Source of the DNA: Eledone cirrhosa
Taxonomy: Eukaryota
Length of the DNA: 64,000 bases
Direction of reading: 5' to 3'
NCBI GenBank assembly: GCA_964016885.1
Contig: OZ024746.1
Coordinates: forward strand, 85,870,001 to 85,934,000
The position numbers and the translations under genes are program-made. The notes below the pieces were generated by a model, which saw only the letters and a list, made by a program, of their open reading frames with translations, was not told where the DNA came from and searched no databases. The first letter of the stretch is position 1; each line of letters begins with the position of its first letter. Positions 26,140-36,605 of the stretch are shown here, in pieces.

Positions 26140-26667
26140 GCTATTAAGCTATTTTGTAGTATCTCTGTTCAGGAACACACCACTTATATTAAATTTATCT
26201 CTCTGGAGCTTTGTAAAAGTCTGAGAGATTGGCTACATATGTTTTATATATTTTTTTTTTGTTTAGATGGAAGACAAAACAAAGATGATTACACAGATGA
26301 AGAGAAAGATAAAGATGAAGAACCTCACTGCACCACACCACACCACACCACATAAAAACATACAGCACTACACCACACAACACACCACTCCTCACTACAT
26401 CACTCCACACCTCACTACATCACACCACATAACACCCAAAATTTTTCCCTCATCTTTTTTTCATGTGTTATCAACTAATCCGAACTCCAAGATGTTTGTT
26501 ATTGACTCTCTCTTCATGGAAAACTATCGTGGATGCACTTCTCTCATTTAACCCCAGAGTTTTCTCTAAGATTTTTTGTAATATATCAAATCAAAATTGC
26601 ATTATTAAATCTTATTCTTATTTTGTTTCTTGTAAATAATTTTTTTCAAAATATCAATTGAAAACTT

Positions 26668-27389
26668 TTGTGAATAGGCATCATATCTTGTCATTTACCT
26701 ATGGTTTAAGTTTCATATAAATCGAAAGGAAAAGTTTTCAGCGGGGGTTTATACCCTCGGGGAACCCTAATAGGGGGTTTAACCACCATTAAGATGTCTT
26801 ATAGTATTGACATGTTGTGAATAGGCATCATATCTCTTCATTTATCTATGGTTTAAATTGCATATAAATCGAACAGAAAAAATTTTCAGCGGGGATTTTG
26901 TGCCGTTTAACCCCCATTGGGGTATTGTAATTTTATTGAAATGATGTGAATAGGCATCATATTTTGTCGTTTACCTATGGTTTAAATTGCATATAAATCG
27001 AAGGGAAAACCTTTTCAGCAGGGGTTTGTGCCACCGGTGAACCCTAATAGGGGGTTTAACCCCCCATTAGGGTATTTTAATTTTATTGAAATTTGCTGAA
27101 ATTTTGTGAATAGGCATCATATCTTGTCATTTACCTATGGTTTAAATTTCATATAAATCGAAGGTAAAGTTTCAGCGACGGTTGTGTGCCTCCGATGAAC
27201 CCTTTGATTAAAATGAAATATACTTATACAAGTACCCTGGGCAATGTAGTTTCAGAATATATATGGTTATGGGGGTATATCTCCAAAACCATAGGAAGAG
27301 TTCGTAAAATCTTGTTCCATTTATTGGCCAAACTTTTCACTATAGGGCGTTTAACCCCCATTAGGGTGTCTTAATATTATTGAAATTTG

Positions 27390-27390
<1 letters not shown>
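26668..27390. repeat. Diverged tandem repeat, ~130-160-bp unit, about 4 copies
   Basis: Recurring gtgaataggcatcatatcttgtcatttacctatggtttaa..tcatataaatcgaa at ~26670, 26817, 26947 and 27106; possibly internal repeats of a non-autonomous DNA or rolling-circle element. Confidence 0.75.
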
Positions 27391-27453
<63 letters not shown>

Positions 27454-27653
27454 TACACAAACACACACACACATATTTATATCTTTTAGCAGAGCATTTT
27501 AATATTGCCACTCAATGAAAACCCTTTGTTTGTTTGGAATAAATGAATCTTGAAAATTAGGAGTGCCTGTCAGTGTGTGTGTTTGTCTACTTAGCATCAA
27601 TTTACTACCCTCCTCTACCACCAGAAAATAACACCATATTACATTGACAGTCA

Positions 27654-27703
27654 GCTTTTCTGATGATTTCCTCCAAATGAAACAGTTCTAGTCCTGTTGA
27701 AGC
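27654..27703 (+). ncRNA. Hammerhead ribozyme motif with an extra U before the core
   Basis: GCTTT-t-CTGATGA-tttcctccaaat-GAA-ACAG-ttctagtc-CTGT-T-GAAGC; same family as 34490-34551. Confidence 0.6.
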
Positions 27704-27792
27704 CATTTCTATATTAAATATATATACTCTTTTAGCTGTTCCAGCCATCCGGCTGAGACCATGATTGGGCACTGCCCTTGTTGTTACACATT

Positions 27793-28372
27793 CTATCTCC
27801 AGCCTGTGTTGGCTGGCCATTGATGTAAGAGGGAGTTTGTTGCTGCTGCCCTTAGGTTACCTTCGTACCGGGATGTGGGCTCATCCGGGATCCTGGATAA
27901 CAGGGTGTCGAGAAGTTTCTTGAAAATATCCACGGCCACACCATGTAGATCTCTCAAATTCCTTGGCAGTTTGTTGAAGAGTTGAGGGCCTTTGAACCCC
28001 AGTCTATTGCAATATCTGCTTCTTGTTCTAGATGTGGAAGACGGGACCTTTGTCACCACACAGTGACGTCCTATTCGGGGGTTGGTCCTGCTCTCAATAC
28101 CAAAGTTTGGCGCTAGTCCCTCCAGGATTTTCCATATGTATATCCCTGCATATCTCTCCCGTCTTCGTTCCAAGGAGTAGAGTTTCAGTTCTTTTAGCCT
28201 CTCCCAGTAGCTCATCTCCTTCATCGTGCAATCCTCTTGGTGTAGCTTCGTTGGATTGTCTCAAGTTCCGTGGTTAGTTTGATACTATGGGGTGACCACA
28301 GCTGGGAGCAATAGTCCAGGCGGCTTAGGACAAATGGCCTTCATAGTATCAACATGGTCTCCCGGTCTCTTA
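27793..28372 (-). mobile_element. CR1/L2-group LINE 3' fragment
   Basis: SYWERLKELKLYSLERRRERY...GPQLFNKLP...FKKLLD, the typical post-RT region; LSRLDYCSQLWSP upstream. Confidence 0.8.
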
Positions 28373-29076
28373 TATGAAAACCTCAAATAAAAAGTCAAGA
28401 TTTGTTTCGATTTAACAGAGCAGAAAGAATTCGCGTCAGGATATTCCAACCAATCCAGCCTATATCAGCTGAATAAATATGTATATGGAGACATATATAT
28501 ACACACCCACATATATATATACACACACACACACATACATGCATACATGATGGCTGCCCCCTCGTTATCGAGTATGGCCATTGCACGATATACCATTATT
28601 AATAATTATTAATTAATTCTATCGTGCAATGCCTGTGCGTGACGAATATTTTTAAAGTGAGGAAAGACTGTGTACTGAGCCAATCCCACTCTCTGAGCGA
28701 CAGTAGCTATAACCCGAAAAGAAAATATCAACATCATCGGTAACTACTGAGCCTCAGGTTTTATATCGGGGTTATCCCAGTTTCCTGAGTTGCCTTCTCC
28801 TAGAAGAATGCCCTGACAAAGGCTAGGGGTCCTTCACTCCCAGTGGTTTAACTGCGCGATCGGGTGTCCAGCCCGATTATTTCTATGTCCCCGCGCATGT
28901 ACATACACATGCACCCATTTATATACACATATACATATACATACATATGTACATGTGTATATACATATTTACACACTTTTGGATGGCCGTTGACTCTTAT
29001 GAGATCTTCCGCCCTTTGTTAGGTTTTGTTTTTTGTCCTGCAGGGTGTACAAAATCAAGTAAACTTGGTGGGGTTG

Positions 29077-29155
29077 CCAGTTTAGTCGCTGACGACCTGA
29101 CCATGCGACAGGTTGTACTGGGTTACATGTTACCAGTAGCACTCAAGAGTGACCC
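29077..29155 (-). ncRNA. Degenerate HDV-like ribozyme candidate
   Basis: Minus strand P1 GGTCA/TGGTC, P2 CCAGT/ACTGG, L3 ACCTGT pairing with AGG, P4 TCG-tcag-CGA, J4/2 CTAA; P3 is mismatched. Confidence 0.45.
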
Positions 29156-29169
29156 GACATACATACATA

Positions 29170-31592
29170 CTACATGATGGCTACAAACTCATGTTCAAGT
29201 ATTGCCATCGCCCGATAAAATGTTCAAAAATATTGAAGCACAAATGTGACTCTTTAAACCAGCCAAATACTTGCACCCGCTGGCACACACATGGCAACTT
29301 TAGGCTCCCCCGAAACCTTCCATTGCTTTGTTCTGGCTGTATGTTCACATGTATCTTTTAAGACCTCCCATGCTTGTACATTTCTTGCACCTTTTCAGAT
29401 CATAATCTACATGAGGTCTACTGATATGACTTTGTTCATGTCTAGTCAAACCAGCTTTGCTCAGGCTGACTCGACCACAGTGCTGGCAAACCAGATGATG
29501 TTCTACAGCAGGCAGTTCAGAACAGTCTCAATCCTCACCTTCCTTTTCAGTGTTAGGTGTTCTCTCCGACAAGTTTCAAAGTGTTCACCACCTGACTTGG
29601 TCAAACGTCTCCACTTCACACGCTCGTCAGCCATTTTCTCCCATTCGTCAGATGAAATTCCAGCACAAGCCAAGGTGCCCCTGATACAGTCCCGGTACCG
29701 CCTTCCTTCACACAGTTCTCCATAGAGAAGTTGCTTTGGAATACAATCATCAGACATCCGGACCACGTGACTGCACCACCTCAACCGATACCGAAAGATT
29801 ATGCTCTCTATAGTCACGCACCTGCTCCGTTCTAGAACTTCCAAATCACTGGCGAACATTTTCCACCACACCCCAAGTAACTTATGAAGAGATTGTTGGT
29901 GAAATCTCTCCAGATCCTTGAGGTGCTTTCTGTATGTGACCCACGTTTCACAAACATAAAGTAAAGAGGAGACGACACAAGTCAGATACACTTTCACCTT
30001 GGTTTTGATAGTGATACCTCGTCCAAAAGCATCACTGGCTTTCTTGATTCTTAAGGATATTTCATTATCATGTGTGCATGAAGTGTTCAACGTACTACCA
30101 AGGTAAACAAACTTGTCAGCAACTTTTAGCCTCTTTCCGTTAACGTACACACTTGGTGCAGTGTACTAGTTTCCAGGTACTGGCTGATACATGACAAGAG
30201 TCTTTTCCAAGCTTATTGTGACGCCCAAAGTGCTGCAAGCTGCAGAAAAAGAGTTCATAATATGCTGCATGTCACTTTGTGAGTGTGCAAAAAGATCGCA
30301 GTCGTCTGCATACAAAAACTCTCGGATTATAGATGTTAATATTTTTGTGCTTTTATCAAAGCGCCTGATGTTGAACAACCTTCCTGAAGTGCGATACCTG
30401 ATGTAAACCCCATGAGAACAATATTTGAATGCCATGAGAAACACTATCGTAAAATATAAGGAAAACAGAGTTGGAGCCGGAATGTCCCCGTTTCACTCCA
30501 TTTTCAACTGATATTGGTTCAGAGATGCTACCACCAATACTGACCAAAGCCTTCATGTCATCATGGAAAAGGTGCAGAATCTTCTACCCTACCTTGAATT
30601 TTTTTCCCACAACGCAGTTCGATTGACAGTGTCAAAAGCCTTTGTCAAGTCAACAAAGACCTGGTAAAGGTCCATACATTGTTCAATACACTTTTCTTGC
30701 AGCTGCCGAGCAGAAACGAACATATCCACTGTTCCTCTTTCGTTTCTGAACCCACACTGCGACTCAGGCAACACATTCAGAGCAACTCTTGGGATCAATC
30801 TATCCATCAATATTTGAGAAGACTTTACCAACTACTGAAAGAAGGGATATGGCATGATAATTGCCACATTTGTCCTTGCCGTCCTTTCCCTTATGGAGAA
30901 TCACCATGAGCGCATCCTTCTTGTGGGACATTCTCATCTTCCCACAACATTTTCATGAGGTCAGTCAAGCGCTGCGTGAAGTTTTCACCACCACACTTCA
31001 AAACCGCTCCACTCAGACCATCCATACCAGGAGACTTACCACAGTTCAGCTTATGCACAACAGAAGTCCCCTCTGCAAGAGAAGATACATTAGCCATTTC
31101 ATATGCTTCACTGGTTCAATAGGAATGGAACAAATGAAATCATCATCAACCTGGGATGGCTGGTTTAAGAGCTCATCAAAGTGATCTCTCTATCTGTTGA
31201 GTGTCTTTTGGGTCGCGCAGTAATTGCTTGCCATCTTTCGATCTCAAAGGGGCCACTGGAGAGCTGAAAGGGCCATACACCTCTGTGAGTAGAAAGTGCG
31301 GCAGTTTCACATTGTTGCCGTCAGATGCCACTTGAACTTCATCTGCTTTGTTGCTCCACCAGGTATTTTGCATAGCCCTGAGTTTCACTTGCACTTCCTT
31401 CTTTACCTGTCTGTAACGCTCATAATTGTCACCAACAGAGATACCACCTTTAAGAACTGCATCAAGTGCCTTTTGTTTTTTGTCTACCTCCTGGTCATTC
31501 TCATCAAACCAGTCCTTGTTTTCTTGTGACAAAGCCAAGGACCTCTGCTGAAGCCTCATAGACCGAGCCCCTGAAGTCCTTCCAGTTGTTCT
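29170..31592 (-). mobile_element. RTE-BovB-like LINE, degenerate, flanked by (TATG)n
   Basis: Broken ORFs: NKDWFDEND, GKSPGMDG, LPESQCGFR..RGTVDM, FVDLTKAFDTVNR, FLYADDC, FVYLGS, RLRWCSHVVRM. Confidence 0.9.
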
Positions 31593-32269
31593 CATACACG
31601 CATACATACTTACATATATACATGTATACATACATGCATACATCCATACATACATGTATACACACATACATCAATCCATACGTGTATACATACATACATA
31701 CATACAATGGTTAAAGTGTTTGACTGACGACCATAAGTTCATGGGTTCATATTTGGGACCGGGTAGTTATTGAATCAACCTGAAATCAATGTTTATTATA
31801 CAGCACACTTCCCCTTTGGTATAATATGACACATAGTAATATCTAACATAGTACCTATCTAATCTGTTATAATATGATTTACCTTTCCTCTGTCAAGGCA
31901 CATGCCTTAGGGGTTACGGTACTGGACTAACCATTATAAAGTCATGGGCTCGTTTCTTCGATCCTGCAGCATGTTGCGTCCTTCAGTAAAATACTTTAGT
32001 TCGTGTAGCATCTTCTACCAGGACTTGCGGCAGACAGATAATATCAGTAATGGAAAAAACCTTGTTTCATTAGTATGACCTGGAAATCAGTTCCACTCTA
32101 TCTTCTTTATTAAAGGCAATCAAATTATTTTTTATTTTATTCTTTTTCTTATTTTTCCATGTTTGTTAAATAAATTCCAAAAAATCGAACTAAATTGAAA
32201 TTTTGTAATAAAATTTCCATAAAAGTTAATGTTTACAATACAATAAAATGAAATAAAATGTATTGAAGT

Positions 32270-32563
32270 CGACGAAATGTGGACCTTCATTTTTGAAAGA
32301 TGGATAATGCTATAAGCAGACCTTACAATATTGTACCACAATTTTCCTTTGTGCAAAAGTGGGCAGCCGAATTTAGGAAAGGATAGGGGATTCTTGAAGA
32401 TGACCCAATGTCTGGACGTCCTACAACTGCCACTACCGAGGAAAACATTGATCTCAGTACTGCAACACCGATGGAAGGAGTGTGTGGAACGCAAGGGAGA
32501 CTATGTTGAAAAATAAACCTCATTTGGTCACATTCCATGAGAGTATCTTTGTCAACCCTCGTA
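32270..32563 (+). mobile_element. Internally deleted mariner element
   Basis: EDDPMSGRPTTATTEENID joined to LQHRWKECVERKGDYVEK*; ends ccctcgta. A related copy is at 50405-50594. Confidence 0.75.
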
Positions 32564-32598
32564 TCTATGCGCAATATACGTAAAGATACAGAATTGCG

Positions 32599-32923
32599 GG
32601 CACTACAACGCTATTAGCTGTCATATTTGTTGGTGAAAAAATGTTTATTATAAAACTTAAATTTATGAATGACTTGTTTTCTAATTTGGCCCTTTTAAGG
32701 GCCACCTATATTTTCATTTAAGTAACTCCACTTACATCGATATGCTTTATAACCATGACTTGTTTTCTAATTTGGCCCTTTTAAGTCTTCCCCCTCTCTC
32801 TCAAAAAAAACGCGTGAAAACTCCACTTACGCGTGGTAGTAATACGGAAATAAACGATGTTGACGAGTGACGTCACCTTCGCCTGTTTTCCACTGGACTG
32901 ACAGCTAATAGCGTTGTAGTGCC
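32599..32923. mobile_element. MITE with 25-bp TIRs (GG start, Merlin-like)
   Basis: GGCACTACAACGCTATTAGCTGTCA at 32599 and its exact reverse complement at 32899-32923. Confidence 0.8.
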
Positions 32924-33336
32924 GAAAAAGGGTCCAAGTGGGAAAAAAAAAAAAAAGTGTGTACACCACCACAACAAATATAAACACCAGGTAATTGTAA
33001 ATACATCGCTAAATAGTGTTAAAACAACTATAGATTGAGCCAATTACAGAACGTCTAAGCGTTCACTCGACCAGCTAGAAATATGAATTAAATCTTCTTA
33101 AATATGGAAAGGATACATTAGATAACGTATTTCTGTATTCCTAACACAGATCTGCTCAATTAAGGTTGATATGAGGATAAAATAAAAAATACAAAACAGT
33201 AACAATTAATATTGTTTTTCCGAAATAACATAATATTGCCTGATATATTAGCGATCTTGTTAAAAAATATAACATTCGAAACTAGTGCACATCAAAGTTA
33301 TAATATAATATATATATATTTAAACAGTATACTTAC

Positions 33337-33352
33337 ATTTCTCACAGACCAT
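33337..33352 (-). CDS. CRIPT: CRIPT exon 1, coding part
   Basis: Minus strand ATG GTC TGT GAG AAA T|gtaagt = MVCEK(C), as in the CRIPT N-terminus. The five exons total 300 nt = 99 aa plus stop. Confidence 0.92.
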
Positions 33353-33639
33353 TGTGAAATAAATATTTTGATAGTGACTCTTCTCTCCAGTAACTAAAAC
33401 TATACAAGAGTTACAAACCTAAGGGAGACCACTTATTGTCGCTTGTCGCTGTTCACGTATATATATCCGTGAAATTGCAATAAAATCTTACAAATAGCAG
33501 AACACATTGGATAAGGAAGTCCTAGACACACTATATTTGAATAAAAGATGATAAATTTATAGATCGACACCGCCACCGATTTTAGTGGAAAATCATTTTT
33601 TTCTTCGTGTGCTATCAATTAACCTTACCTCTTTTTCCC

Positions 33640-34360
33640 CGGAAAAGGGAGGAAGGACCTCGGACGTTTCACCCCTATCCCACCGATTTCAACGCGCTGA
33701 CCTGGCCGAGAGAGAGAGACCTAAACGGATCAGTGTGTGAGATTGTTGACCATTACATCCTGGTTAGTCGATATGAACGCTGGAACTGCTGGAATCAGAC
33801 CTGCCAACCTTTAAAAACTCAAACAGGGAGATTTTGCATTATGAAAGTTATACCCACTTTCACAAGAGAAGACATCTCTCAACCACCCAAAAGTGGGTGG
33901 GAGGTCTCCCTGTTTCCAAAACTCCAGACATAGGATATGCACCAAGGAAGTTCATCTCAGAGACATAAACCCGAGCAAGGTGTTTATGTGGAAGACCAGC
34001 AGTCGCCCATGCATACCGGTCTCCTCTCTCCGTGTCACTGATGTTGTCCAAAGGAAAGGCAAAGGCACCAGTGACATCGCAACCCATTTCTACAGCCAAA
34101 TGAATTGGAGCAAGGACAAAACACACCGGTCCAAGTATCGAACTCAAAATTTTCCCTGGATGAATTGAGATGTGCTGTATATAGCCTTATTGACAATACA
34201 TATGTCTGATGCTCATTTGCACATAGCAAGTAGAAAACAGCGGTTGGAAATGCTCATCACGTAAAATCTATAGAGTCTATTTTCATTCAGTACCGGTTGA
34301 GTGAATATCACTGATGAAAAATTAACGAATCTTGAAATAGTTCTGTCTGGCATTCTCGAC
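33640..34360 (+). mobile_element. Highly decayed Penelope-like 3' fragment
   Basis: Frameshifted VYV(G)KTSSR...TSDIATHF remnants resemble a PLE GIY-YIG domain; followed by a same-strand hammerhead. Confidence 0.4.
34303..34355 (+). ncRNA. Type I hammerhead ribozyme (slightly decayed)
   Basis: GAATATCA-CTGATGA-aaaatt-aacg-aatctt-GAA-ATAG-tt-CTGT-C-TGGCATTC; one mismatch in each of stems I and II. Confidence 0.7.
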
Positions 34361-34489
34361 GGCTACTGGCAAAATCTGTGGTGTGTTCACAGAGAAATTA
34401 ATTTTTTCGTTATGGACAAACTATATGTTTATAAGATATGATTTCATATACACCCCTATCATACGTATCTACACACACACATATATATA

Positions 34490-34551
34490 TAGATGAGATT
34501 CTACAGGACTAGAACTGTTTCATTCTTTAGAAATCATCAGAATCTCATCTA
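34490..34551 (-). ncRNA. Hammerhead ribozyme motif
   Basis: Minus strand TAGATGAGATT-CTGATGA-t-TTC-taaa-GAA-t-GAA-ACAG-ttctagtc-CTGT-A-g-AATCTCATCTA; 11-bp stem I, off register by one nucleotide. Confidence 0.65.
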
Positions 34552-34651
34552 TATTAAAACTTTTATACTCTGCAATGTATTGAGTACCTTACTTACTGTG
34601 GTTACCTCCGATTCAACCCGGAATAACGTACTATATATATATATATATATA

Positions 34652-36605
34652 TATCGTTAAAATACCGTCACATATAGAACAAGTCTACAATCAACCATAC
34701 GATTTAAAATCGATAAAGGAAGATTCGGGCCAAACAGATAAAAAATATCAATAAAACAATACGTCAATAATTTAAATGAATGTAAAATCATACCCGGACC
34801 CACTAGAAAGGTGTTAAATCTAGCTTCATGGGTTTCTGTAAATCCTTAGACAGTACTCTATCAGCTCACATATAAATATAAAAGCCTACTAGAATAAGTG
34901 GAACGGAGTTTACGTTGTCAACGAGTTTTATCCTGGCGGCAAAGGAGTCAACTAGCGGTGAAAAACGCACATGGCATTAGACAAGGGAGATGACCCCTAT
35001 ATCCGCGAAAACAATTCGAGTGAATGTGGAAATACACATATCGAATTAGAGTGCTCAATAGACATGTTAAAATAAAACAAAAGCTATTCATCACTCAATA
35101 GAATCGACAAAAAATGAGCAATAAAATTAACTGGTGGATAGCTATGTCCAGAGCTAAATATATTAGAAAGATCGAGTATCGAAAAATCGGCGCACGAGTT
35201 CACGAAAAACGAAATTCGATATGAGCGGCAGAGGGCTCAATAATTCAGATGAATCAGAGCTATAACTATCGTTAAAATACCGTCACATATAGAACAAGTC
35301 TACAATCAACCATACGATTTAAAATCGATAAAGGAAGATTCGGGCCAAACAGATAAAAAATATCAATAAAACAATACGTCAATAATTTAAATGAATGTAA
35401 AATCATACCCGGACCCACTAGAAAGGTGTTAAATCTAGCTTCATGGGTTTCTGTAAATCCTTAGACAGTACTCTATCAGCTCACATATAAATATAAAAGC
35501 CTACTAGAATAAGTGGAACGGAGTTTACGTTGTCAACGAGTTTTATCCTGGCGGCAAAGGAGTCAACTAGCGGTGAAAAACGCACATGGCATTAGACAAG
35601 GGAGATGACCCCTATATCCGCGAAAACAATTCGAGTGAATGTGGAAATACACATATCGAATTAGAGTGCTCAATAGACATGTTAAAATAAAACAAAAGCT
35701 ATTCATCACTCAATAGAATCGACAAAAAATGAGCAATAAAATTAACTGGTGGATAGCTATGTCCAGAGCTAAATATATTAGAAAGATCGAGTATCGAAAA
35801 ATCGGCGCACGAGTTCACGAAAAACGAAATTCGATATGAGCGGCAGAGGGCTCAATAATTCAGATGAATCAGAGCTATAACTATCGTTAAAATACCGTCA
35901 CATATAGAACAAGTCTACAATCAACCATACGATTTAAAATCGATAAAGGAAGATTCGGGCCAAACAGATAAAAAATATCAATAAAACAATACGTCAATAA
36001 TTTAAATGAATGTAAAATCATACCCGGACCCACTAGAAAGGTGTTAAATCTAGCTTCATGGGTTTCTGTAAATCCTTAGACAGTACTCTATCAGCTCACA
36101 TATAAATATAAAAGCCTACTAGAATAAGTGGAACGGAGTTTACGTTGTCAACGAGTTTTATCCTGGCGGCAAAGGAGTCAACTAGCGGTGAAAAACGCAC
36201 ATGGCATTAGACAAGGGAGATGACCCCTATATCCGCGAAAACAATTCGAGTGAATGTGGAAATACACATATCGAATTAGAGTGCTCAATAGACATGTTAA
36301 AATAAAACAAAAGCTATTCATCACTCAATAGAATCGACAAAAAATGAGCAATAAAATTAACTGGTGGATAGCTATGTCCAGAGCTAAATATATTAGAAAG
36401 ATCGAGTATCGAAAAATCGGCGCACGAGTTCACGAAAAACGAAATTCGATATGAGCGGCAGAGGGCTCAATAATTCAGATGAATCAGAGCTATAACTATC
36501 GTTAAAATACCGTCACATATAGAACAAGTCTACAATCAACCATACGATTTAAAATCGATAAAGGAAGATTCGGGCCAAACAGATAAAAAATATCAATAAA
36601 ACAAT
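34652..36605 (+). repeat. 615-bp tandem array, left arm (~3.2 copies)
   Basis: gttaaaataccgtcac recurs at 34656, 35271, 35886 and 36501; no differences seen between copies. Confidence 0.98.

Noticed and set aside
27508-27576. Possible further decayed hammerheads here and at 28395-28445
   Set aside because: The cores and stems are too degenerate to distinguish from chance.
28780-28860. RTE 5'-UTR-like segment with a possible ribozyme (similar at 54640-54800)
   Set aside because: It is a dispersed repeat, but a complete HDV-like fold could not be drawn.
35055-35075. ACA|TGT as a head-to-tail LTR junction, or a Helitron tandem junction
   Set aside because: A single 6-mer is expected by chance, the array ends do not coincide with it, and no PBS, PPT or CTRR-TC junction was seen. 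Not formally excluded.
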